NCBI GenBank assembly: GCA_030141605.1 | Contig: JAQGDQ010000149.1 | Coordinates: 186,001-250,000, forward strand | DNA from: Tubiluchus corallicola | Taxonomy: Eukaryota > Animalia > Priapulida | DNA length: 64,000 bases | Direction of reading: 5' to 3' | In this document: in pieces, positions 13,293 through 24,830 of the stretch | How positions within the stretch are numbered: the first letter of the stretch is position 1 | Layout: the number at the start of each line of letters is the position of its first letter | Position numbers and translations under genes: made by a program | The notes under the pieces: generated by a model | Databases searched by the model: none | Seen by the model: only the letters and a program-made list of their open reading frames with translations | What the model was told of the DNA's origin: nothing

Positions 13293-14375
13293 TAATAGGT
13301 ATAGGGTACATGTGGCAAGGCAAATTATCGTTTACAGGGTAGACCAGTTTTATGTTAGGAACTGTAAATACCGTTGTAGCACGATTGTATGAAAGCACAG
13401 TTAGTGAATATCTTGTTTTTGCGGGTATATACAATTTTTGTTGCTCGTTATCATGATTTGAGTCACCCGTTTTTATGACTAGAAACAGAAAACTGATCTT
13501 TTTTGTAGCAGAATACTGAAATGTAACTCACCCAGCGATAGATTCATTTTAAGCTACGAAGCAGTTCTTAAAACCATGATGTTTAGTGGTTATTTTTGAA
13601 AAGCATCACTGGTAGCTATTGATATAAAAGGCGACCATCGCCCAAATTATTAGGCATAACTTTACAACTCGCGCGTCCTTCGACAGAAACGATCATTGCA
13701 ACTTTTAATTGTCAGAATAATTAACGGCGTCATTCTGAAGTTAGTCTAAATATAAGTCAGTTGCCAAGGCCTGGCTGCGCAAGGTACGAAGAGAAGAGTT
13801 CCATACGGCGTTAAGAGAAGTTTTCATGCTAGGCTGCTGTAATATTAAAACACTTATAAGAATTCATTCCGTTTCATTAGTTCGCTCCTCAAATATTTCG
13901 CTCAAAAAAATTGGCCTAAAAGATTTTAAAGCGCAACTGTCTTAATTACCGGCCATTAATCTAACTAAACCTTTACTGCAAGGTTTGTGGACCAGCAATA
14001 ATCGTTTTCAGGGAAAAGTAACACTAGCTCTAGAGTGCTTTTGGATTGGGCTTGGTGCTTTGCTTTTACACTTGCCTATGGTTAGTTGGTCAGTCATTTG
14101 ACATTGATTTTAACCGTGCTTTGATAATTTTTAATGACATGCTGATTTGAGGGTTCTTGGACGGCTTTGATCTCTGCAATAGTGATTAGATATCAGCATT
14201 GGTTTTTCTATCAGGGCTAAATGCCACATACTGATGCTACAGGCCAATGCTAACGCGAAGTTTGCATAAAGGGCTAAAGGCCCTGTCGCACACAGCATTT
14301 TAATAAAGTAAAATGTATTACTATGTATTCTTAACAGAAGTTTCCCTTCAAAAACATATTAAAGCAATCAATTAA

Positions 14376-14973
14376 AGAAAAACCGGACCCAATTTTAAAC
14401 TGTAGGTCAAAACAATCTACTTTTTAGAATATTGAAAGGAAACATTGCCACACAAATAATTACTGCCACACAAACAATTTTGCGCTAGCGCGATTAGTTC
14501 TTCACCGTTACATACATTTTGCCATTCGCTAGTTAGACCGGCACTAGCGCCTGTATTTCGGAAATGCGTTGCACAAAAAACAGGTGCTGTACCTCTCAAT
14601 TCAGAGGTGTTCGTTTCTGACGTACTGCACACGTCCGACAGCTCATGCGTGAGCACAGCGGTAAATTTGAATTTGAATTTTTATCTTAAAACTTGCCGAA
14701 TTTTAGTACAACACGCTGAATCTCTTACAGTAGCACTGTACTTCAATTTTCGCTTTCGCAAACACGTGCAACATGCTCGTGCAATATTTTTGTTGTTGAG
14801 AAATTATGTTGCTTTGTGATATCATAAATAGTTGGGCTCACACGCCGTTAATTGAGCTTTTAATCTATTATTTAATTATCGGAACCGCTTTTCTAGTATT
14901 AACTGTGTTAAAATGCATACTTATCATCGGACTTGAAAATGGGGTAGTATATGAAAAATCATTCTGTCTTCCT
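14376..14973. mobile_element. ~600 bp Kolobok-like MITE, copy 2 (same orientation as copy 1)
   Basis: TTAA|AGAAAAACCGGA...TCTGTCTTCCT|TTAA. TTAA target site with AG...CT (RR...YY) termini; homologous to 8154-8769. Confidence 0.8.
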
Positions 14974-17900
14974 TTAAATTTATTTAAACCACTTAACAAA
15001 TCTTATGTTGATATGACAAATATGCTTCCCAAATGAAATATAACGTAGAGGCAAACACGAACTAGAAAATATTTAACATGCTTTACGAAATATTTGATAA
15101 CGAAGTAAATGAATTATCAATTAAATGAAAGCAAAACATTGACAGCTGTAAATATATTAAGTAAATAGTTCGATTAGCATTATCATTTAAGTGAGCTGTA
15201 TTCAAGTGTATTAAACAACTTTTGTGACTTACCATAAGCTAATTTTAATGACTTTTGTTTCACAAACCTATGTTCACAACATTTTGTAGCTTCTTAAGCA
15301 CTTATTTAATTTCAGGTTGTAACTTAATAAGGCCGCAAGCAGCATTAGAAATTCAGTTTGGTATGTTATGGCTTCCACACAGTCTGCAGTTGGCTTCTTT
15401 CGTGACGTCACATTTCCGAGGCTGGAGCTGCACGCACAGTGTTGACAGAAATGCTGTGTTGGTGCTGATACTGCTGTACGCGGGTTATCCGAATCTAGGA
15501 CTTGAGCGAAGAAGAAAAGGAGAGCGAGAGAGAAAGAAAATACCGCTGCCGCCAACCGTTCAACCGTATATGAATTATGAACTAACGCTTTGGTTCGTAA
15601 AATAATCATAAAAAATAGTATACGCGTGAAGATTTTCAAGTCATGATGTGCAAAAATTTTCGAAAATTGCACAATTTAGTGCGTCGTTCGTAAGAACCTA
15701 TTAAAAGAATGCTGCTTAAAAAACAAATTGCTTTAGTTACGAAATAGTCCGGTCTGTCAACCAAAAAAGGCAATTTCATCAAAATTTGGCCTTTAACAGA
15801 CCGGACTAAAACATATGGTTTGCTTTTCGGCGTAACTGTATTGTACATCGTTGATGAAATGAAAATACTCCAGTATAAAGTATTCCAGGTATTATGCAAT
15901 AGGTACAGCGGTGATAAAAAGAAAATATCGTTCAAAGTATGATGGCCTCACTTTTTGTAAGGTCAGGTAAATATCAAGGACCTCGAGACCTCCCATCTTA
16001 GCGTAAAGTTAAATGAGAAACACCCGCACTGACCTAACGTTAAATTTGTTGTAATTACTATATTCCTTGAACTACCTACGTATTCTTCAACTCTTTATCA
16101 GGGCAAGGCAGTTAGCACTTAACAGCATAAGGCTAAATAGATGAACAGTAATATAAACACGTATTCACTTTGGAAGACTGAAATGGTTTGTAATGCGTTT
16201 TTTATATATAAAATCACTTTATGTTAATTTATTCTTGCACAAGACTGATCTTTTGTCACACACAAAACTATAATTAATGTAAGCCCTACATGCAAACCTG
16301 TATGCAAACCTATACAGATTTTATTATTAACACCCCTTTTGAAAATATTATTTGAGCTGCAAACAAAGTTGCAACTGCAGAAACAAAATAATCATCAAAA
16401 ATTACTTTAACGATGACGTCGTCTAACAGTTTTAAATGTCCATCCGTTCTGGTACAAAAGAACCTTATTCAAAATTTAATTAACGTTAATAATTTTTCCG
16501 AGATCGCTTTAATGTTGTTTATCTTAGCTTAACTTTAGTTTGAGTCATTGTAATTTATAACAGGCTTTTAGTAAACCGATATAGGCCAAGTTAAAAATTA
16601 CAAGAGTTTAAAGCAAATACTATGCAGTAACACGGTATTCCAAAACATTTTTTGTATTATTTGCTTAGACATCAATCGCCAAATCGTGCAAATTGTTGTT
16701 ATTCATATACATTATACAAAATGAGCAATATCGTGTTATACTGAGTGAGCAATAGGGTGTGATTATCTTCATCACGGTTACTTATAGTGCAAGCTTTGTA
16801 TGGATTTGACATCTAATGTTTTGATTTATCTTTTAGAAATTACTTTATAATTATTCTTCAATTCGGGTCAAATTCCGAATTAAGTAAAAACAGGAAATGA
16901 TTTTTCGTTTAAACAGCAAAATCAGAGTTGATCTACGCAGCCTTTAAACAGCATTAATAATGAACAGGAATTGAACATTTCAATTTTAAACAAAAGTAGC
17001 TCGATTATACAAATCTTTGTTTAACCTGTGTATACACAGAATTAGTTAACTCTGTTATTACCACAATTTAGGATTACAATTAAAGATAGTTGGACAGATA
17101 AATAAAAGGTGGTCCTCGCTCATCTGGAGAGTTTTATACGTTCACGAATCACGAACTAATTATAGCAACAACATATTATTTAAATTTATAGTTCCCAAGG
17201 GAAGCAGGTTTGCTAAAAATTTTGTTATGGAGTGTACTAGTCACACAGGTCCGTTCAATTCCACAGTAAAAGCAAAAATTCATTCTAATATAGGTGAAGG
17301 GGCTTAAAAATAACAAATAAAAAGTTCCTTTTGATGGGCCGCCTAGTCAAAGTCAGTGGGGTTACTATAATTTCATATTTTCCTACTCCAAGTTTGGGTC
17401 TATTTCGTAATTACCTTTCTTTATAATTTGGTATATACAGTGTTATTATGTTTGTATAGTTATCCGGTCTTACAGACGTTTTTCTAATTTTGATGTGAAA
17501 AGTTATATATAATTTTTGTGGTCTGCATAACACTGATGTAGTATAAAGGTAAGAATTACTATTATGCACACAGGATTGCTAATAAATTACAGTTATATGC
17601 ATGCCAATTATATGATTATGATTAGCACTTACTCTGCCCGTAATCATGTAATACCTGGTCAAGTTTTTTTCGAGCATTTGCAGTCTGTCAGAATTACAGG
17701 TACAATGATTATAGTCAGAACATCGTGAGCTGATTAAGATTTTGATAACATAAACGAATAAATCAATAAACAACTGCAATCTGTTTTGCGTGGTTAGACC
17801 TTGAGCCATTCTTTGTCGGCACTTACTAACCGAGTAGCTGTGTTACATACCCCGTAGGCCTACTATTTTTAAATTACAACAGTAGTCAGTTATTTATTTG

Positions 17901-19874
17901 TGTCTTGCTGTCCGTGTTATTTGTTCTTCTTAGAATTCTTTGGAGTTTGTTTTTTGTTGCTTAGCATCTTACCTTGAGATTTTTACACGTTAGCAAAACA
18001 ATCTAGCCACATTTAGAGGAGATGAATTCTTAAGAACATCGACAAACCTTTGCTAATAAGCTAGTCTACCCCTTTACCTTCACAAAAAATATTACCAGCA
18101 CCGCACTGCATCACAGTTTACTTTCGCTTACGAGAGAACAAAATGGCTCATGCATAACAGCAAAAATTCAGAACACTGTAATAAAAAAATTTGAATAAAC
18201 GTTATTTGTTTACTGTACGCTGTTGCCTGTTTCAAATACTTAGACAAAAAACAACCGGAAATGAGGAAAAAACATACGATATAAAATATATGTAGTACAA
18301 CAATGACAAATATACACCAAGAAGGGCAGCGTTTTTAAGTTCTAGCATATTAAACTTCTACGTTATGGACGTTTTAGTCGTCCATAGTAAGTAGAACGTA
18401 AAAATTTTATTTATTGCCGAAATTTCGCCAAAATAATACTGCGTGTTTCAATTCGCACGTTAAAAAAATTAATTTCTTTCCATCGTTTGCAAGAACAAAC
18501 TTGATTTCAAAGTGATTACTTATCTTCTTCAAAACAGTTCCACAAGGACGGAGTAGTGAGAAAAACTCTACAATAATTGAGCCATTTATTTATAACTAAG
18601 TAGTAAGACAAATAATAAAAGAGAAAATAATTAAATAATAATGAAAGGTGATAGCTCGCAATGGAACAGTAACCTCTGTCTGACCGCCACTTACTATCAG
18701 AAAGTAAACATTTTGTATAAATCTATAGTGTACGAGTTAGCAATAATGTAATAGACAGAACTTGGAGTCACCTTTACTTTTATGCTTACAATGCATTTTA
18801 TTACGATGAAGTTTGGCCAAATCTCAGCTTTAATAACAGTAACTTAGGGCAGATCGCGGGCAGAATGCTAAATTAGCGTCTGGCAAACTAAAAAATTCTA
18901 GCCTCAACTGTCTATCTGGCTTTCTTGTCCAAGAATTGTTGGAAAGAATGTATTTTTTGACAAGAGATGGGGCGATCTTCCAACGTGCAATTGCACATAC
19001 GACGACTTTGATTTCTACTGATAATTTTTTTATGTAATATGATCGTTTATAATGTACGTTTTTAACTAAGTGTTTTTTCAAGTAATAATTTATTTACAAT
19101 ATTATTATGTACAAATATATACATAAATTTTACTCTTGCACAATTAACAGATTATTTTTCATTTCAAAGTGGCTAAAATTGCAAATTTGCTTTTGAAGGT
19201 ATTAACACAATGCTGTTTTAAATCCTCTCTTTACCAGCAAAAGTTTGCTAAACACTTATGGAGTAAATATTACTGGCAAAGTTAGCTATGTTTACTTATA
19301 GTAAAAATTTTTATTACGTAGGAAATATTTAATAAATAATATTTTTGTTCTTAGGAATTATCTCCATGCTTTTTTGGGACTACATTAAAAAGTACTAGTA
19401 ATATGGTGTCAAGCTAATGTAAAGCTGTGAATTCCAGTTAGAAGTACGATTAATCTTGTTATATTTTTAAGTGAAATTGCATGAAATTTTAAGTGAAAAC
19501 ATTCAAACATCATTGGCAGCTACAACGGTACTTACTAAAATGAAGCGACTCTTTAAACATGCAAAAACTTAAAGCACAAGAAAACCATTCACTTAACTAA
19601 AGCTTAAAAAATTCGTCTTGAAATTTTATACCACTTACATACTGCCTTTTTGCATATAGGACTTGTGTCGGCAGTAACACTGTATAAAACATGTAAATTT
19701 AAACTCCCGCAATGACCGTTAGGTGCAACCATCTTGACGATAAGTTATTTGAAACAAGTTTAGATAACACTGACTAAAGTTTGAAAAAATAATCAGAGCA
19801 TTCGTAGGGCATACATCACTAAGTAAAATTTCAAATTACTGTATCTTGTCAATAACATTAAAAATACGCCTTTT

Positions 19875-19990
19875 CAAACAAAAAAATCCTTTCAATGTGA
19901 GTATGACGTACGCATAAAATTGCTATAAAGTAATATAATTTTTTAAGGCAATTTTTCTGAAGCTTACTTCAGGTACCCCTTTTCTTGTTC
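19875..19990. repeat. Fragment of the interspersed repeat seen at 36418-36535 (inverted)
   Basis: Direct sequence comparison, see the 36412-37095 feature. Confidence 0.65.
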
Positions 19991-20800
19991 TAAATGTATA
20001 AATTTAAATTCTCACACAAATTTGACATTTCTTAATTCATTTGTTGCCCCACTTCCAACCTGGCATTTAAATCATTTCTTATGTATCTCAGCCTGCATAT
20101 GGTATTCCTTTCTTTTGCCATACAGTTGACATGTGAATACTAATTTGACAATTTATTTGAGCCTTTATCCGAAAATTTTTCTGCATTTTGTTTGTGTCAG
20201 TTTGTGATGCTTTGTGTATTTTATATTATTTTATATTTATAGGAAAAAGTATATAATAATTTCCTTTCTGCTAATTATCACTTTTGCGGTGACAGTGAAA
20301 GAGAAATGCAAGTTCTGTACACAATGGCTGGCAGTGATGCAATAATTTTTAAAGTTAGTAACATGGGTCAGCTGTTAGGCTACAGTTTAATAATGTAGCA
20401 TGTTCGCAGTTGAGCTTTAGTTAACTTTTTCACATGAGAAATAATTATTATTAATTGCCTTGGACGGAGGAAGTTAATAGAATATAATATTGCAAATTAG
20501 ATACTGGCTTCTAGAACAATGAAAATGCAAGTATGAGGGACAACGTTATTTATAAAGTAATCTCTACTTAGACATTAAATGAAACAAGCAGAAAAGACGG
20601 TTATTGAATATCTGTTAAAATTGGCATATCTAGATTAGTCCAGTACGTAATGTATATTATATAGTTTTGCAAATCTCCAAAAAATTTGAACAAAATTTCA
20701 TAAGGAACTGGACTAGATGTACATTGCCTTGTAGGTTGAACCTGTAATCAGAAAGCAGGTTGATTACCCAATTCTCCCAAAAAAATTTACTAATTATAGA

Positions 20801-21113
20801 TTATGAACAACAATTTGCACTAACATCAATGGTACCATTAAAAAAATTATCACTATGTATCTGATTTTCCATGGCATCAGGACAGTATGTAAGATTTTCA
20901 GTATAATTGTCTTTTTCATTGGCATTTGGTAGCAGTTCTTTTTTACCAGAGTCTATTGTCGTAATAACCGTCAGATCACAATCACCAATTTCTGATCCCT
21001 CAATTTGTGAACTAACATCAACATCAAATTCGTCGTCTTCATCAAAGTATTTGTCCTCAGCATCTCTTTGTAGAATGTCTAAGTCGTCATATTCGGCATT
21101 ATCATCTACCGCA
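20801..21113 (-). CDS. CCDC97: CCDC97 exon 4 (last coding exon)
   Basis: TTACTTTTAG acceptor in phase 2. Translates (S)AVDDNAEYDDLDILQRDAEDKYFDEDDE..., the conserved VDDN...D.E.RYFD motif, and stays open to TAA at 20803-20801. Confidence 0.9.
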
Positions 21114-21625
21114 CTAAAAGTAAAATTGAAGTGATAATATCAGCAAGTACCAGGCAGTAAACAATGTAATGCTCAAATGCGGTTAAAATTTGAAAGAATT
21201 TTCTAGTTGTCCTAAAATCGAACAAACCGACTAACCCTGCAGTTTGCTTATGCTAAACTGTGTTGATTGTAAAAATATAGTACCTGGATGGGGTGACTGC
21301 GATCAAACATAATGCCATTAGTTACGGAACCAGAACATTGATTCTATTGTCAGTATTAGTGGTTTCAATTTCATTTGAATAAAACTGTTCCAGGAATTTT
21401 AAAACTAAAGTTAGTGAACTAGAGTTAAGAAAAATGCATGCATTTCATAGCATTTTGTTTAAAATTGGCTACATGTTGCAATATTAAATGAGTGAACATT
21501 AACAGCTGCCTTGTTGAGTTTCTAAATTAGCATTTATCAATTTGTTAAATTGTGACACTTGCAAAAACATCTCAGGCATTACACTTCAATTGCAAGAACC
21601 TGCTTTTAACAATCCACTTAAGTAC

Positions 21626-21728
21626 CTATAGTCAAACTCCGCCTCATTTCCACTTAAAAATTTTTCTTCCATAAAATGTCGGAATTCAGACCTCAGTACT
21701 TGCTTTTCCCTCTCATCTGGTTCAGATT
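21626..21728 (-). CDS. CCDC97: CCDC97 exon 3
   Basis: TTTTCAG acceptor and AG|GTACTT donor; 103 nt. Translates ESEPDEREKQVLRSEFRHFMEEKFLSGNEAEFDY(S), the conserved EF...M...FL.G.D..FDY motif. Not in the ORF track. Confidence 0.9.
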
Positions 21729-22093
21729 CTGAAAATGTAAAATACAGCAGTTAAGGTTTAATACAAATCAAAAGTTAACTTAAATACTCACTACCTTTCT
21801 CTCAGGATTTTCTCAAGATAGTAAGTTGTATGTCAGTTAGTTATGTTTCTGATACATATGGCTCATGAAATTCAGAAATTTTTTGTCATATCATAGTACT
21901 TTCACTTCTAGTGTGGTTAATACAACAATTCAACATTTAGAATGCTTGTATGATATAGATAAAGTGATTTGAAGGTACAGGTTAGGTGATTTAACAAATT
22001 AAATATATGTTTTTTATCTGGCACAGCTCTATTATACATACAAATGCACAATAATCACATTAACACATTAACTCCACATAGAAATATAATGTA

Positions 22094-22171
22094 TGTTCAG
22101 CATCAGATAGGGGCGAGTTTTAATCACCTTTTCACAATCATTTGAACTATGAAATCATCACATACTGAACA
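22094..22171 (-). ncRNA. Box C/D snoRNA, snR60/Z15/SNORD80 family, intact copy in CCDC97 intron 2
   Basis: Minus strand: 9-bp terminal stem TGTTCAGTA/TGCTGAACA, box C GTGATGA, D' guide CATAGTTCA + D' ATGA, C'-like GTGATT, D guide TCGCCCCTAT + box D CTGA. The guides are complementary to the conserved LSU rRNA segments UGAACUAUG and AUAGGGGCGA. Same strand as the host gene. Confidence 0.88.
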
Positions 22172-22710
22172 AGAAACAAACACTAATGTAAGTATTACGA
22201 TTTTACATTTGCTAACTTATTAAACTTAAGAATTAATTTGAGTTAATTTACAAACAAAGTGTCAAGACCCAAATTATCCAAAATGTCAACTTAAGAACAT
22301 AACCTTACCAAGACAAAGAATTCGAATAAGGTTTGATGACAGAAAAGACATGTGCAGCACTGAATAGAATTAAATATTTGTTATGGACTGTAAATGGAAA
22401 ATGGCAAACTAAATTTTGCAGTGTTTTAAAAGCTTTGGTGGTTAAACGAGCCTTCTATTAAACAAAAAGCAGTGAAGTGAGAATATAAGAGAATTCTGAG
22501 TATTTAATAGTAACACATAGAGTATCTATAATTACGAATGCTTACTCCATTTAGCTGTGCTAAATCACTGAGCAGACTACTTCCATCAGTACGACAATAT
22601 AGCTCACATATTGCCAAATGTTTTGAGAATCACAGAGTGAAAAAACTGACATTAAAAATCCAAATTATTTCCATAAGTGAAGGGCATAGATGCTGAAGAG
22701 GTATACTTAC

Positions 22711-23337
22711 CATTTGCCCTACTTTCATCTTCTGAGTCAGTTTCTTCCTCTTCCATAGCATCATCAACTTGTTGTTCCTGTAACCAGCGCTTGGCCTCCA
22801 TTTCTTTATTTTCCATTTGACTCAGTATTAAAGACGATAGGGAATCAATGTTAGACAGTTTTTCAAATGCTTGCAATTCTTTTTCTTCCTCACTTAAATA
22901 CTGACCAACCATCAATTCATATGCAGCTGGATCTCGCTTCATCATTAACTCTTCAGAAAAATAACCATCTTTTGTCAATTTTTTTAAAGCTTTGTACCGT
23001 CGATTTTTCACTTGTTGCTTGTAAGAGGTAAATATTTTATCCTTATGAAGATTCTGTATTTGTTTAATGTAAAAATCAGCTTCGTAGTCACCTTGCAAAT
23101 ATTTAAAGTTTACTAAATTTTCTACAGTTAAATAAGACCAGAATCGTGACAAAAACACAAGAGGATTTCTTTCTAAGATGTCTTTTGCTATTTTGTACTT
23201 ATCTTCTTTTGTGAGGTCTGCATCACCTCGCTGCTGACTCTTGAAATAGGCATCACTTTCAGCTAAAGTCATTAACATGCTTTCTATGGAACAAGTTGCT
23301 AATTGACTAGTTTTTTTAGTTTCGTCATCATCTGTTT
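22711..23337 (-). CDS. CCDC97: CCDC97 exon 2
   Basis: TTTTCAG acceptor and G|GTAAGT donor; 627 nt, phase 1 to 1. Encodes SQQRGDADLT, NPLVFLSRF, VKNRRYKAL, GYFSEELMMKRDPAAYELMVGQY, typical of CCDC97/DUF2052. Confidence 0.93.
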
Positions 23338-23604
23338 CTGAAAAGTCAAATTCAAATATTCTAAAAATTATATTACACAAAAACCATGCTAACTTAGTTA
23401 ACATTTTGTTTTGCATGGATTTACTTCAAATTAATAACAAAAAACACTATTATTTTGCATAAATAAGAACTGATATCAATTGTGACAATCTATGAATGAG
23501 ATACAGGGTTCATTACCGCAAGTGTACAGTAATCACATCAATAAGCATAGCAGCATTACAAATTTGCACAGAGCTTCTTAGCTTCACAAAGAAGTATACA
23601 TGTA

Positions 23605-23682
23605 TGTTCAGCATCAGGTATGGGCGATTTTTAATCACAATTTATTAATCATTTGAACTAAGAAATCATAACATACTGAACA
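23605..23682 (-). ncRNA. Second, diverged snR60/SNORD80-family snoRNA copy (possible pseudogene) in CCDC97 intron 1
   Basis: Same terminal stem, D' ATGA and box D CTGA as the 22094 copy, but box C is GTTATGA, the D' guide is CTTAGTTCA and the D guide is TCGCCCATAC. Confidence 0.7.
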
Positions 23683-24119
23683 AGCACTAATATAAGTGTT
23701 GTAATTACAAATTTGATAACACCAAGTTATTAAAATAAAGAATTAATTGGGTTAGCATATAAACAAAGAACTAAATTTTTTTCAAGATTTGGTAAGGCCC
23801 AGTGCAAATGTCACCTTATGCATAATATACACAAAAACCATTTCCAGATAAGGATGATAATGGGAAAGTCAGGTACATTCAGTCAGTTATACATTAATAC
23901 AAAAAGCCAGAATCTACATTCCATGTACTATAACAAAGTACTGCAATTATGGTATTTTTGTAGTAATGATTTAATTACAAGTTTATATACGAGTATCTAG
24001 GTACCTATATATTTACTGTTTACCCATATAGCTTACCACTAATAGTTTAAAATATTATTAATAATGCTGAATTTAGTTTTCAATGTATTTTTTTTGATAA
24101 AGAATAAAGAGTAAGGAGT

Positions 24120-24830
24120 AAATGGTAATATATGTCACTTCCCATATGGCTCTGCAGGCCGCAATCAATGCCCTTGAAAAATGGGCCTACTCAAATAAAA
24201 TGCCAGTCAATAAGCAAAAATCTGAAATAAAGAAATTTAGAAGTGGTGGCCGACTTTCACGGAAAGACATTACTTATTGTGGTAAAAATTTAGAAATTGT
24301 ATCATCCTTTGGTTATTTAGGTATAACTTTGAAACCCTCTCTTGTGACCACAATGCATTAGGAAAGAATTGCCGCAAAATGAGTGACACACACCCTAAAA
24401 TGCCTGCATTTACTACCTGTCGAAACCGCACTACGTCTGTTCAACTTGTAGCACTGAGAGTCTTTGGGACGACATGTCATCTGCAAATTTTTTTGAAACT
24501 TGATTGGATTAAAGAAAGGTTTTTGAAAAGGGAATTGGGCCTATCTGTAAATATATCAAACACAAAAAGTTTCTTGCTGTGTAATGCAGAAAGGCTGAGC
24601 ATTGAAATTTATAAAAACTTCAAAGTATCCCAGACTCAAGAATTCTGCAAATGTTTAGAAAAAGCCGAAGATGAGGTAAACTCAGTAGAGCTGGCGTTCT
24701 GTAATATACCAGCAATGACCCAAAATGAATAGAAAGACCCAAAAGGCAGAACCGACATGCTGTGACAAGACATGAGGTTCATGGGTTCTACCATAAAATC
24801 CGCTCCAACTAGTGCTTTGATCCACAACAA
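24120..24830 (+). mobile_element. 5'-truncated decayed LINE (RT thumb/C-terminal part), antisense in CCDC97 intron 1
   Basis: LQAAINALEKWAYSNKMPVNKQKSEIKKFRSGGRL...LEIVSSFGYLGITL resembles LINE RT domains 6-7 (L.vN..Kt; yKYLG), followed by KERFLKRELGL; frameshifts and stops present. Confidence 0.8.

Noticed and set aside
15255-15935. Overlapping 99-132 aa ORFs upstream of TENT5
   Set aside because: No recognisable domains. The region looks like repeat-derived or regulatory DNA (contains TGACGTCA at 15403).
23338-23416. N-terminal 26 aa (MQNKMLTKLAWF...) of ORF 22652-23416, and its last ~19 aa
   Set aside because: These are intronic read-through. A strong acceptor lies at 23338-23339 and a donor at 22710, so the true exon is 22711-23337.
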